A model generated the notes under the pieces. The model was given only the letters and a program-made list of their open reading frames with translations. It did not search any database and was not told the DNA's origin. Made by a program: the position numbers and the translations under genes. A DNA stretch of 64,000 nt from the human T2T-CHM13v2.0 reference genome, Homo sapiens. The stretch is taken from the NCBI RefSeq assembly GCF_009914755.1, contig NC_060927.1; one strand, written 5' to 3'. Shown one piece after another: positions 1 to 16,795 of the stretch (positions are counted from its first letter, which is position 1; every line of letters begins with the position of its first letter).

Positions 1-199
1 GCAGTGTGGGTTTTGGAGTTGGTTGAATTCATTCAAATCCCAGAAAATAAACTGATGATAATAATTGTGGATTCTTATGAAAATATTGGCATTATGTGAT
101 GTTACAGTTAAAATAATCAGAAAAGCGATAAACATTGGCAGAAAAGGTATTAAATACAAAGTAGAAAATGGTTTTCTACTCTTCATGCAATATAATAAG

Positions 200-600
200 T
201 AATTCCATTGTAAACCTGAAAAAATTGCATAGATGAAAGAAATCCAGAGAGAATAAATAAATGGTAAAGTTGGTGGTAGGGTTTCCAAACCAAGGAGAAC
301 TGAGAAATGAACTATTTAGTCTGGAATCATAGCAACTTGGAAGAGAATATGTTTGACATTTAGAAGCATACAGAAAGTATGAATATGAGATTATTCAGCA
401 AATTCTTTAATTCTGGAACTCAACCACTTGAAACTCGGAAGTTATATACTTTTAAAAAAGTGTGTGAGGACAAAAGACAACACTGCTTGATATAATGGGT
501 AATAAAGAGTAGAGTTTATTAATCCTAACAGTAGAATAATTAGAAATGTAAATAGATTCAGAATAGTTTTGGCAGATTTATTGATTATGAATTCATGTTT
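200..600 (+). mobile_element. Highly decayed CR1/L3-type LINE 3' fragment
   Basis: Weak similarity to the CR1 3' end (e.g. 'atccagagag…', 'aaatgtaaatagattcagaatagttttggcagatttattgat'). Confidence 0.35.
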
Positions 601-1094
601 ATCATTAAGTAAAGCTAAAGATATTTTGCATACATTTGTCTCTTGCAGATAATCTCATATACTATAGGCATCTATTTAGTCTTCAGGGACCTGTGAACCC
701 CTTGGGATTGTACAGTATTTGATATGTATGTTCATATATGTATTTTTCTGTGGAGAGGATCAATGATTGGTCTATAATTTTCATCAGGTTTTCATAGGGA
801 TGGATTTATGATTGTCTCTCATCTCCTAATACTGCTCCCCATACACATACATACAAGTTAAGATCTGTGGATGTAAGACAAACAGGCTATATAATATGAG
901 GAGATAAATTATGTGGCTTGAGTTCCTGACTTCATCATTTATTGACTTCATTACTTTAGAGGAGTTCTCCATTAGTAAAAGGTGGGCAAAATGTTCAACC
1001 CAAAATTTTTTTTGTGAAGATTAAAATTGATAGTATATTGTAAAGAAAAAAATCACTTCATAAACACTAAAACAGAGGTTATAGATTAATAGCA

Positions 1095-1395
1095 TATAGG
1101 CTGAGCTTGACTTTAGAAGTGCTTTGTTTGGTCCACACCATTGTTGTTTTATCTTGAGTTAGTTGCAAATACCTAACATTCAGGACCTTTTATATAAAAA
1201 ATCTAGATTTTCAGCTTATCTTTAAAAATCAGATGATAAGCTGGCAACATTGATCCCATATCTTCTCTTGGCAGCAGTTGGGTGGAGCAGAGTTATGAGA
1301 TTGGGTTTATTCATCCTCCGTGTGACTATGATTCCCACTGGTCAGCTTGACTGCCTGGGTTACCCTGCTGGCCTCTCTAAAGCATCATTTAGCTG
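1095..1395. mobile_element. hAT-Charlie MITE, MER102-like
   Basis: 'tataaaaaatctagattttcagcttatctttaaaaatcagatgataagctggcaacattg' resembles the MER102 core. Confidence 0.5.
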
Positions 1396-1901
1396 TAGTT
1401 AAATGACAACCATACCTTCCAGTATTTCCCTTTGTGTTACTGTGAGAAAAATATTAGAAGTCAGAGGGCCATAGTTTTATTCTGGGATGTCATTTCTAAG
1501 GTTTTAAATATTTATCATAAAAAATTCTTTATTGTCAAATATTAATAATGGATGCTGTCTATGAGAACAGAAGTATACCGGTGAAAAGTATGAAAGGAAA
1601 ATGGCAGTCTAACCTAAAGAGATTGAGAGTTTTGAAGTAGAGATGAATCTGAGCCACAGAAAATAATTAGAAAACAAGTATTTTACACATAATTTGACAC
1701 TTTATATATACTTAAAATAAGTTTAGAAGTGATTCAGAGAAGAGTGAACAATATGAACCTGAATGAACTACAAGATCTCTTCTGTATCCATTACATTAAA
1801 AGCACTGTGCTAGAGCCACTATGTGGAGAAATTAAAGTATGAGTACTATGCTTTAAAAAATTACAATCTAATAGGACATGTCCACGAAAAGGTAAATAAT
1901 A

Positions 1902-2799
<898 letters not shown>

Positions 2800-3200
2800 A
2801 AAAGGTAAATAATATCAGGTAGGTAGTTTATGATAGGTTTTGATTAATGGTTTAGTAAATGCTACAGGAATGGAGAAGAAATTGAGATTCTGGGTAGTAC
2901 GGAAAGGACTGCACCCTGAAATAGCTTCAGAGAAGAGGGAACTTTGAAATAGGATTCAAATTCTAAGAGAGCAAAAGGATAGAGAAAAGCAGAAGGGCAG
3001 ACCATAAGGTGTTCCAGTAGTTTAGTTGATTGAAAACTAGCTTGTCCACAGCAAGAATGGAAGGGGATGGCTTTGAAAAATATTAAAGAAGATATAATAA
3101 TTAGATGTAAATGATGAACGACATAGAGGAATATTTAGAGTAATCCTTAGATTGATGAGCAGAACTTTGAAGGATAGTTACAATTAGAAAGTTGAGGACT

Positions 3201-4238
<1,038 letters not shown>

Positions 4239-6406
4239 TTATGAGGCAGTTACTTCATTTATACTGTATATATCCATATTAAATGACTTTGGTTCTTATT
4301 TTAGATTCATAAATGGTATTTGATAGCCCAAACTAAAGTTTTTTTCTCTCTTTGTTGACATTGATATATCTTGGCCAACCTTTCATCTTTTTTATTCTAA
4401 CTGGGTTTTGCAGTTCGTTTTTCTAGCTTTAGAAAACAGTTGCATGATCTTGGGCAAGGAACTTAATTTTTTTCCACCCTCACTTCCCTTATCTGTAAGA
4501 TGGGGTATTCACTACTTTTCAGGATTGGTGTGAAGCTTCAAAGTAAAAATCATCAGGAAAAACTTTTAAAATTGATCAGCATGTAATAGCTGTTATTGTT
4601 GTTTTGGTTCATATCTGTGTTCATTCTCTTAGATTTTCTGGCTTCTTCTACTTTATCTCTGTGATACTTACTCAAGTTCAGTTCTGATTTTTTTCTCCTC
4701 AATAGCACTGTCCTTTCAACAATTGACATTATTTAAAACTTATTTCCCTCGGTCCAAACCCTTTTTCAAGCATCTAAAACTTAACACCTTAATTATACCT
4801 TTCACTTTTCTCACTTTGCCACTGCTAACAAACTCCTCAACTTATTTTCAGTCTAATCTTTATCCTTTGATTCTTCAGTTATACTTTCTAGGGATATACT
4901 GTAAATCAAAACTCTTTCACATTTTCATATTGCTTATGTTATTTTTATAACTGTATCTTAAAATCTAGGAATAAGCATCAAGATCTTATTCAATTTTTAA
5001 TTAAAGCAGCATGAAGAATATATTATAAAAATACTTTCTGTAAATTGTTTATATTAATTTGCATTTATGTTTATTTAAGGAATAGAGGAATGGATTTCAT
5101 TTATTTCAGAGTTGTTATAAGAGGTAAATATGAAGTGTTAAGCATGGTGCCTGGCATGTAGTAAGTGTTCCATAAATGTCAGCTATTTTAATTGTCATCG
5201 TGAAGCAGGGCCAGCCTTTGTTTATTTACAGAGCAATAATTTGATGATTATTGGAAAATTCTCCTTTCCCAAGGTTTTCTAATTATAATTCCCTAAATTC
5301 CACTTATAAATATCCATTACTTTGGATTTAGACTTTCTGTCTTTGGGGCCTTTTTGTTAATATGAAGATTAATCTTTTGGAACAATGGGTAATAACTGGG
5401 AGGGGCCTCTGTGGAGCTGGTAATGTTCTATTTCTTGATTTGGTTGGTGGTTACATGTGTCACTGTGTAAAAGTCAAAGCTTAATTTTTGTTCTCTTTTG
5501 CATTATACCATATTTTAATAAGGAGCTAATGTATATATACCACAGGGAACTATATATCAGAATTATTAGCTGTTGATGTATATTCGTATGAATTAGTTTT
5601 AAATGGCTTTAATTGCTTAGAGGGTTTTAAGCTTGTTTAACATGTGAAATATCTTAGTACCCTGAATTTCCTCCTAGATGATAGATTTTAATGGCATCGT
5701 TTGAACTATGATTTAACTCAAAATTAAATTGTATTTTAAGATCTTCTAAAGTGACAGATTTGGTTAAATTATACATCATTTAGTGGTGTACATATTCATG
5801 AAAAAAACTGTTAAACTAGAAAGATTACTTTTTCTTAAGTTTCTTCATTAATATGTACTGTATTTGCTATGTATTCATTCATTTTGTTTGGATAGAATGA
5901 CAGACAAGTGGTAGTAGAATGACAGACAAGTGGTAGTAGGCACCAAAGGTGCTTTAAAAAAAATTTATGGGCCAACATTCATGAACTAAGTCAGCAGCCA
6001 TTAAAAATGACATAAAAAAGAAAAATTTATTGGAAAAAAGGACTGAAAATTGAAAACATTCTACCTATATCAGTTTTTTAGCAAGTTGTGAAAACACTGA
6101 CATTATTTAGTTTTTAGCAGTAGAACATGTTAGTCAGGTTCATCTTGGTCTAAACAGGATTCTATGGAAGCATGAGTGTCAGTAATTCTGTTTTAGAGTA
6201 TAGCTATTTCTTTTTTCTCAGAATTATGCATACAGAAATAAATAAACTAGATTGTATTTTGTTTGTTCATTTGTAATATGAATACTTTAAACCATTTTAA
6301 TTACAAAGCTCTTGAAAAATGATTTATCATTCTGAAACATGCTCATAATTTTTATATCCAAATATCATTACATTTTATAAAAATTGGTATTCGTATCTAT
6401 TTTTAG

Positions 6407-6501
6407 ATGACTTCAAACCTGCTTCTATTGACACTTCTTCTGAAGGATACCTTGAGGTTGGTGAAGGTGAACAGGTGACCATAACTCTGCCAAATATAGA
6501 A
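6407..6501 (+). CDS. EAF2: EAF2 (ELL-associated factor 2) coding exon 2, 95 nt
   Basis: Flanked by ttttag| and |gtgagt. Translates (Y)[31 protein letters not shown], part of the EAF N-terminal domain. Exon 1 lies upstream of the window. Confidence 0.97.
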
Positions 6502-7112
6502 GTGAGTATTTCTGTATCTTTAAAGTGATCACTTTTGTGGGATTCTCAGTAAATTTAAATGAAAATAATTGCACAATTTGTGTAGTGATAATTGGTTAAA
6601 GTAATTAGTAAGCACAGATAAGCAAAAACCATATTTTAAACTACTTTAGGCAAAAAAAATCTTAAAATACTTTAGTCCATTTAATAGTTCCAAGAACTAT
6701 CATAGCAAATGATTTGAAAAAAAATTAGAGTCTAAACAAATATTTATTAAATTCCTACTATAAGCCAGATTTTAAACACTGACCTTAGGATAGTAACATA
6801 TCCCTTGCCTTCTAGTCCTAATCTTTTATAGCAGACAGACACATAACATCTAGTGTTATAAGTTAGAGCATATATGAAATTCTATGTAACCACATAAGTA
6901 GAAGCAAATACTCTGCCTGGTGGAATCTTAAAAAGCTTCATAAAGCAAGCAATATTTCAGCTGAGCCTTTAAAGGACAAGTAAGATTTTATTGGGTAGAC
7001 AAGGAGTAGAATAAGCAAACAGAACAGTATGTGAAAAGCTCTGATGCCGAAAGAACAAAGAGTTTGTGGAATAAGTGACTTTACGTAGTAAATCATAGTA
7101 TAATGAAAAATG

Positions 7113-7447
7113 GGATGGGCGCGGTGGCTCACCCCTGTAATCCCAGCGCTTTGGGAGGCCGAAGCAGGTGGATCACGAGGTCAAGAGTTCCAGGCCAGCT
7201 TGGCCAACATGGTGAAGCCCTGTCTCTACTAAAAATACAAAAATTAGCCAGTCGTGGTAGTGGGCACCTGTAGTCCCAGCTATTTGGGAGGTTCAGGCAG
7301 GAGAATCGCTGGAACCTGAGAGGCAGAGGTTGCAGTGAGCCGAGATCACGCCACTGCACTCCAGCCTGGGCGATAGAGCGAGACTCCTACATCTCAAAAA
7401 AAAAAAAAAAAAAAAAAAAGAAAGAAAGAAAGAAAGAAAAAGAAAAA
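7113..7447 (+). mobile_element. AluS with A/(GAAA)n tail, inserted in a decayed L2
   Basis: Full Alu consensus; short TSD GAAAAATG on both sides. Confidence 0.93.
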
Positions 7448-8524
7448 GAAAAATGATTGATAGCAACAGAGACTAGAAAAGTAGGTCAAGATGAAATTGT
7501 GAAGGATATTTTATGTTGTAATGTAGAATTTGGACTTTATCCCATAGGTATTAAAAAACCATTAGAAGTTTTAATACAGAGAGGTAACATGATTAGATTT
7601 AGATTTCTTAGATTAGAAAATCTCTTTCTTTTTAAAACCACTCCTCAAACTCTGGCTGAAAGTCCAATGATTAGAATTCTAATGATTAGATTGTGTTTTT
7701 GAAAGAACTTCAGCTGGAGTTTGAGGAGTGGTTTTAAAAAGAAAGAGACTGTCAGGGAGGCCCTAACCAAAAGTTTTGTCCATTAAAAAAATTTCCAGAT
7801 GTATCCAAGTAACGGTACCAAATACTATTCGCATACAAATATAAGTTCTTTGTTGTATGCTCTAGTTTTCTCAGTCCTTGAGTTAGAAATTTTTGAGTAT
7901 TCAGCTTAAGTTTCTTTTTCTTTTCTTTTATACTGACTTTGTCTATTCTCAGAAAAAAATCAAGACTGTAACTTTATACTTTAATACATAAAGAAAATGC
8001 TGGATTTTTTGAGATTTTTTCTTTGTTTTGTTTAATTTTTGTAATGGGGTGGTTTTGTGCTAGTCCGTCCACATTCTCCTTTATGCATTAATGAGATGGT
8101 TTACCATGGTTATACATATAGCAAGTAAACTCTCTATCCTCTCATCTGCTGTCTTTTTCTTATTTTTTATCAGTTAACCATTTATTGAGAGCCCACTATT
8201 ATGTCAGACTGTGTCAGTTACCGTCTCTGGAGATTTTCCTAAGGCTAATTAAATTTGTATGGGCTTTTTATTGAATATTTCTATTTGTTCTCTCTGGAAC
8301 TGAAGGAAATGAAAAATCTATTTAGTATGAGATGTTGTAGATAAGTTAATCTTTGTATTACTCTGTTATGAAAAATTGTTCAGGTTCTAGTATCTCTAAA
8401 ACAATTTGGAAATTTAATCTCCAGTAACCTAAGGCTTCTTTGCTTTATGATGTTTATTAAAGAAAAACCTGAACCAACCACTGAATTTTAAGAGGTTAAA
8501 GCCTCACATTAACAGCAGGAACCA

Positions 8525-8602
8525 TTGCGCCATTCCACTCCAGCCTGGGCAACAAGAGCGAAACTCTGTCTCAAAAAACAAACAAACAACAACAACAACA
8601 AA
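8525..8602 (+). mobile_element. Severely 5'-truncated Alu (3' ~50 nt plus (CAA)n tail)
   Basis: 'ttgcgccattccactccagcctgggcaacaagagcgaaactctgtctc' flanked by TSD CAGGAACCA (8516-8524 / 8603-8611). Confidence 0.85.
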
Positions 8603-9603
8603 CAGGAACCACTAGTCTATTGTCTCAGGCTATACAGTATTATTGATCAGTAATGATTGGTTTGCAGAATCACTTTAGTTGGATTTTTTTTTTTTGCCAA
8701 GTAGAATATTGTTTTCTCAAGTTGCCATCCTCCCATCCTCATCCCTTGCATTGCTCTTCTCCTCCAAAGAAATGAGGTTTCTTATGTTTAATAATAAACC
8801 CTTGTCATTCATTCATATCTTGCTTTAACCAAGAGTTACCATCTTCCAGGTGTTTGGTTATGGTCTCAATTGAAATATGTCTTAAAGGAAGCACAGTTAC
8901 AGGAGGCCTATGTTTTCAAGCCTGTGAATTGTAAATTTCAGAAATTGTAAAGAAATCATTTGGGAAAAAGTCACTACCACCACCACCGCTCCTTTCCACA
9001 AGCCCCCACAGATATGTCCAAAAAAGAATATGCCTCAGTATTTGTGTGTGTGTATATGCATGGACATTCTGTGTGATAAGTCCTATTCTAGGTAGCTGCC
9101 ACTGGGAATACAGAAGTAGACTAGACACAGTCAGTGTCCTGAAACATTTTATCATTTAATGGGAGAGACAGGAAATAACTGATTAAAATGTAGAAATCTA
9201 AGAACTATAAAAAGATATACATAGAATATTAAAGAAACAGGAAAGAGAGGTATCTCAGCCAGGGTACAGGGAGGAGACATCAGGACACACTGAGTTTTGA
9301 AGATGAGTTAAAGTTACCCAGATAAAGGAGAGAGGGAAGGACATTTTAGTCAGAGAAAAGAAAAAGACAAGGACTAAGATACAACAACAAAAGAAAGTTC
9401 GTTAAACATTTGAAGAACTACATATAATGCCTAGTGGCATATATGTAGTTACATATGTAGGCATATATATAGGCTAGGTCAAAAGGCGTGCATATGAGGA
9501 CAAGGAGGGTAATATTTAGATATTTAGGAATCAGATTGATAAAGGGTCTATTATATAATATAAATTAATTATAACTCATTTAAACAGTGAAAATGAAAAA
9601 GTT

Positions 9604-10864
9604 GGGGAGAGGGGGGGAGGAAGTATGCAAGGAGAAGGGTTCTGTGCTCCTGAGATTAGTTCAGATGGTCTAACCATTGTTTTATATGTGCATTTTAGTT
9701 AATATTGTGTATTAAAGGATAAGTCTTAATGCTCAAAGTATGTTAAAAATAGATGTAGTAAATCAGTCCCTTTATGAATGTCCTTTTATTAGTTTTTAGG
9801 AAGGCCTGTCTTCTGGGGGTGACCTTTATTAGTCCATCTCTTGGAGATAGACATCCTATACTTAGTCACTGGGATGGTAGAAGAGGGAGAAGAGGAAGGA
9901 TGAAGGGAAGGGCTCTTTGCTAGTATCTCCATATCTAGACAATGGTTTTAGATGATAACCACAGGTCTATATGAGCATTTTTACTAAAGTGCCTGTGTTC
10001 ATTGTGGACAAAGTTCATTATTTTGCAACATCTAAGCTTTATGAATAGGGTGACAACTTATGATAAAAACTAGAGCTAGTGAATTAGCCAATTTGTAAAT
10101 ACCTTTGTTATAATTGATAGAAAAGATGCATTTTGGACATGGAATTGTTAAGCCGCCTCTGAGCAGTGTATGTCAGGACTTGTTCATTAGGTTGGCAGCA
10201 GAGGGGCAGAAGGAAGTATACAGGCAGAGATGTATGCAGATGTGTCCATATATGTCCATATTTACATTTTGATAGCCATTGATGTATGCATCTCTTTTGG
10301 CTGCACTATAGGAGTACATTAAGTAATTCAATGGAAATATACTTTGCTAATATTTTAATGGTATAGATCTGCTAATGAATTCTCTTAAAAACATTATACT
10401 TAGTGTATTCTGCTGCTGTGTGTTTCATTTTAAATTGAGCATTAAGGGAATGCAGCATTTAAATCGCAACTCTGCCAATGCTTTTATCTAGAGGCGTGTT
10501 GCCATTTTTGTCTTCTATGAAATTTTTGTCCCAAGAAAGGCAGGATCACTTTTTTTTTTAGCAGTTTGAGTTGGTGTAGTGTATTCTTGGTTATCAAAAT
10601 ACTCATATAGCTTTGGGATTTTGAATTGGTAAATATTCATGATGTGTGAAAAATCGTGATACATACTGTACAATGGCAGTCCCATAAAATTGGATGTTGT
10701 GTCTACACACACACAGGATCTAGAAGAACATGTCAAACTATAAACTGCTTGTGATTGTAAATGACTTTGTTCTTTGCTTCTTGTGCTTTTCAGTTTCCTA
10801 TAATGCACATATTAACTTTTAAAAAATAAGGGTTATTTTAAAAGCCCCCCCCACACAAAAAAAA
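9604..10864 (+). pseudogene. 5'-truncated processed retrocopy made only of an mRNA 3'UTR (from memory resembles the PTP4A2 3'UTR; parent unverified)
   Basis: Non-repeat-like 3'UTR-type sequence ending in AATAAG (10825-10830) and a decayed poly(A). Flanked by a 15-bp TSD with 2 mismatches: GAAAATGAAAAAGTT (9589-9603) / GAGAATGAAAGAGTT (10865-10879). Confidence 0.75.
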
Positions 10865-11799
10865 GAGAATGAAAGAGTTATTTAGATCACCATCTGTCAA
10901 AAGCAAATATTGTTTCTCCTGGGTATGTAGTCCTTGAACAATCATGAATAACAATGGAAATTACATTCTCAGATAGACTTCGTGAGGGGTTTCCCCCTTC
11001 ACTTAAAGAACATCTTTAAGCAGGTAGGAGGTTTGCTTTTCTTCAGTGTTCTTAATTCTGTAGGTTTTTTGTGGAAATGTAATGGTTATTAGTTTGAGGC
11101 ATTTAGATTCTTCTATTGTTTATATGAACTTGCTTTCGTCATCCTGGTATAACTGCCTAGGAAGCTTAGAGTCAGACCATAAAATAGAGCTTTTATTATA
11201 TTATAATTTTAAGAGTACGTTTGGTTCTTTGATAGGGTAGATTTTCTAATTCCATTTGTCTTAGGTTTCTATGGTATTACCAAATAGAAAAAAATTAATA
11301 AAAACGAACACTGATAGTCTGGTTAAATAGTGGGCATTTACGAATCTCTCTTCCTTACAAACAGTTCTCCATGATTGCTACAAAATTTCAAAGTGTCGAA
11401 TTTTGAAAGAAAAAGTTTTACTTAACTTGACTGTTAAGACTTGTCATTGGTGCTGAGATTGGCATATTTTTGGCATTGACTCTTTATCTTATGGGGTGCT
11501 TCTGTGGGCTTTTATGAAATAGCCCACTGCAAACTTCTAACTATCCTTCTATTATTCAGGCAATGCATTTCTAGTGGTTATGTATAATTCAACCCTCAAA
11601 TCCTACACTTATGAGGCTCCTATATGTATGAGGGGTACTCCAGATGACCCTCTTGGGCAAAGTCCCTTCCCAAATGAACCTAGTCTGGTTTTCTCCAATG
11701 GGTTTACTTAGCCGACACAGGAACATAGTCCATTACATTCTTGGGACCTCATCTGATTTTAGGACCAGAGTCCTATTTTAACATTGTTTTAAAGTTATA

Positions 11800-13443
<1,644 letters not shown>

Positions 13444-15384
13444 ACTCACTTATTTTATATTTTATTTTACAGTTTTGTCTTTTGGTTGACAATCCTAAGT
13501 CAGTCATTCATGTGAACCAATTATAAGCAATTCTATGTGGTTTGTAAACAGTGGCAAATTAAGAAAGTTGGAGAGTAGATGAGAAGATCATGGAGGGTCC
13601 ATGTGCAGGTTTATGGAATATGGCTTTATCTGAATACACAGTTTTTTAAGCACAGAAAGATTTTTAAGCAAGGGAACAATACGATTAGATTTGCCTGCTC
13701 ACAGAATGGGGAACAAAATTGGAAAGAGAGTAGGGAGGAGAATAACAATAATCTAGGTGAATGACGATTGAAGGTGTGTCATCACAGTGAACATGGAGCC
13801 GATAGGTGGTATTCAATAGTTATTTAGAGGCAATGATAGTTCATATGCTTAGTAGTTGTCTGGTACTTTAGTAGTTGCCTTTCTTGGGGTATTGAATAAG
13901 GAATGGACAGAAACTGAAGCTTAAAAGTTAGGAATGGTGTTCAATTTAATGAGGGAGAAAGTTTACATTTATAAAACTTGTTCAAAATGTAGATGGCAGG
14001 TGTAGAGATTATGAAAGATTTGTTTCATTTGTTACTTATGACCAGAAATTGTCTATATTATTCATATTTAACCTTCATTGAATATTTATAAAGGTCTTGA
14101 TACTTCTTCAGGTGCTGAGAGCAATTTTTTAAAAATTAATGATTAGTTCTTATTTTCAGGAGCTCAGAGAACAATAATACATTGTAATTTTTAGATGTAT
14201 TCCATTCTAATTAAGAGTACAGATATCATTAAGAATATCTTGCACAAATCTCTTATCAACTGTAATTTGGAGTCCTTAGGTAACTATTTTGGGGTATCTT
14301 ACTTGTTTCAGTCAACACATCTGAAAAATTTACTTACCAGCCAAGTAGACCCACTTTGTTTGGTTATAATCATGCTCCTGACTCTCCAGCTTACCAGGGC
14401 TTCAACTAAGTGCTCCACATCTAACCGTTTTAGAGCTAGCCCAGACATGTCTTCATCTACGTGTTGTGCATTCTTGATTTTCTGTAGATTACTTTAGTCT
14501 TTGGGAGAGGTAAAAAACCCACAAACAACTGTTCCTTTATTTTACATTTATAATTTTCCCTCCATACCTTCAGAAATCTCTAACCTACCCATCTTTTATG
14601 GCATTTTCAATTACCTAATTTATCTTATACTCCTCCTAGTGCTCATTTAGTAAATCTCTAATGATTAACTTTAATATGATACACCACTTAGCCTTTTTAG
14701 AGGTCATCCTTTTCTAACCTGATCTAACAGTACTATTTTATTATTTTTGTAATATTTGATAAAATTATTATGATAAATCCATTAAAATTTAATGTACTTT
14801 TATAAACTCCAAAGACAAACATACACAAATAATTGTTTAGAAATACATATATGTGGGATAAAGCAAAAGAATGACAAACGTAAAATTCCTTCAGGTTTGA
14901 TGGAGCAGGGACAAAAGATAGGGGAGGAGCATGTAAGTAGATGTAGTTTATTAGTAATGATCTAGGTTTCTTTTATTGCCAACAGAATTGTATAATGAAT
15001 TACATGTACCCATCACTGAGCTTTAACAATTATCAACATTTTGCTAATCTTTTTATTTTTTAATCTAATGTCTTACCATTTTTTTCCTTGGCATATTTTA
15101 TAGCAAATCCCAGACAATGTGCCATTTCATCAATGCTTACTTATGTATCTCTAACTGATAAGGACATTTCTATCTAAGCACCATGCTATTATCACAAATA
15201 ACATAATTGATAATACTTCGTCCATAGTCACAATTTTGTGATGATCTCAAAAACGTGTTTTTTACAGACATTTGTCTGTAAAATGTCCTAACTAGAATCC
15301 AAATAAGATTTCTACATTGTATTTGAATATTGTATTTCTTGTCTCTTTTATTCTTTAAAAGTCCCTTCCTTTCTTCTCCACCCC

Positions 15385-15563
15385 TTTTTTAATTTATCTT
15401 TTTTAGAGACAGGGTCTCACTGTGTTGCCCAGGTTGGAGTGCAGTGGCTATTCACGGGTGTGATTATGTCACACTGAAGCCTAGAACTCCTGGCTTCAAG
15501 CTGTCCTCCTGCTTCAGCACCCATCCTCCACAAGTAGCTGGTACTACAGTGCCTGCACCTGGC
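15385..15563 (-). mobile_element. FAM-type fossil Alu monomer within an old antisense L1M 3' end (~14970-15900)
   Basis: Monomer with the FAM-diagnostic 'gcagtggctattcacgggtg' segment. Confidence 0.7.
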
Positions 15564-15920
15564 TCTCTTCTCTTTTTTATGCCATTGGTTTGTTGGAAAA
15601 ACCGTACTATCTGTCCTAGAGAATATACCTACATTCTGGACTTCAAATTACTTCTATCTGGATGTATTTAACTTGTTCCTCTATTCCTTCTATTTTCTAT
15701 ATATTGGTAGTTATATATCTAAGGGCAGGCTGGATTACAGATTCTTTGGGGTTTGATAAGAATTAAATTCTTTGGGGTTTTTGTGTGGTTTTTGGCAAGA
15801 GTATTTTATGGATGGCGCAGTGTACTTTCATATGACATCATTAAGCACATAATGTCTGCTTATCTTACTTTTAATTATGCTAAATTTAATTAGTGGGTTT
15901 AGTGTAAGAGGTGTTCCTTA

Positions 15921-16388
<468 letters not shown>

Positions 16389-16658
16389 TCATTATAGGCC
16401 AAAGAAACAAATCTTTACTGTCCCAAGGTGAGTACCTCCTGTCTTCCCTTTCCTCAATGACAGCAGCTTTGAGATTTCAGCCTATCTTCATCTGTCTTTT
16501 TTACTACACTCTTTGGATTCAGGGTAGTAAATTTAGGTAGTTTATGGGTGACTTGAAGTATAACATAGAAGGAGAAACCCAGAATCAAGATTTCAAAGGC
16601 CTTCCCAAGTGAATTCCTATGATAAATTTTAAGTAATAATAATTAACTTTTTAAACAG

Positions 16659-16795
16659 GGTTCAACTCCACCAGTAACTGTTTTCAAAGGTTCAAAAAAA
16701 CCTTACTTAAAAGAATGCATTTTGATTATTAACCATGATACTGGAGAATGTCGGCTAGAAAAACTCAGCAGCAACATCACTGTAAAAAAAACAAG
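16659..16795 (+). CDS. EAF2: EAF2 exon 3, 137 nt
   Basis: aaacag| … |gtatgt. Encodes [45 protein letters not shown](R), in phase with exon 2. Confidence 0.97.

Noticed and set aside
7021-7035. Possible androgen response elements (AGAACA half-sites at 6122, 7021 and ~54928), since EAF2 is androgen-induced
   Set aside because: None has a good second half-site at 3-bp spacing; such half-sites are expected by chance.
10515-10808. 97-aa antisense ORF in the retrocopy
   Set aside because: Lies antisense within 3'UTR-derived sequence and has no recognisable protein features.
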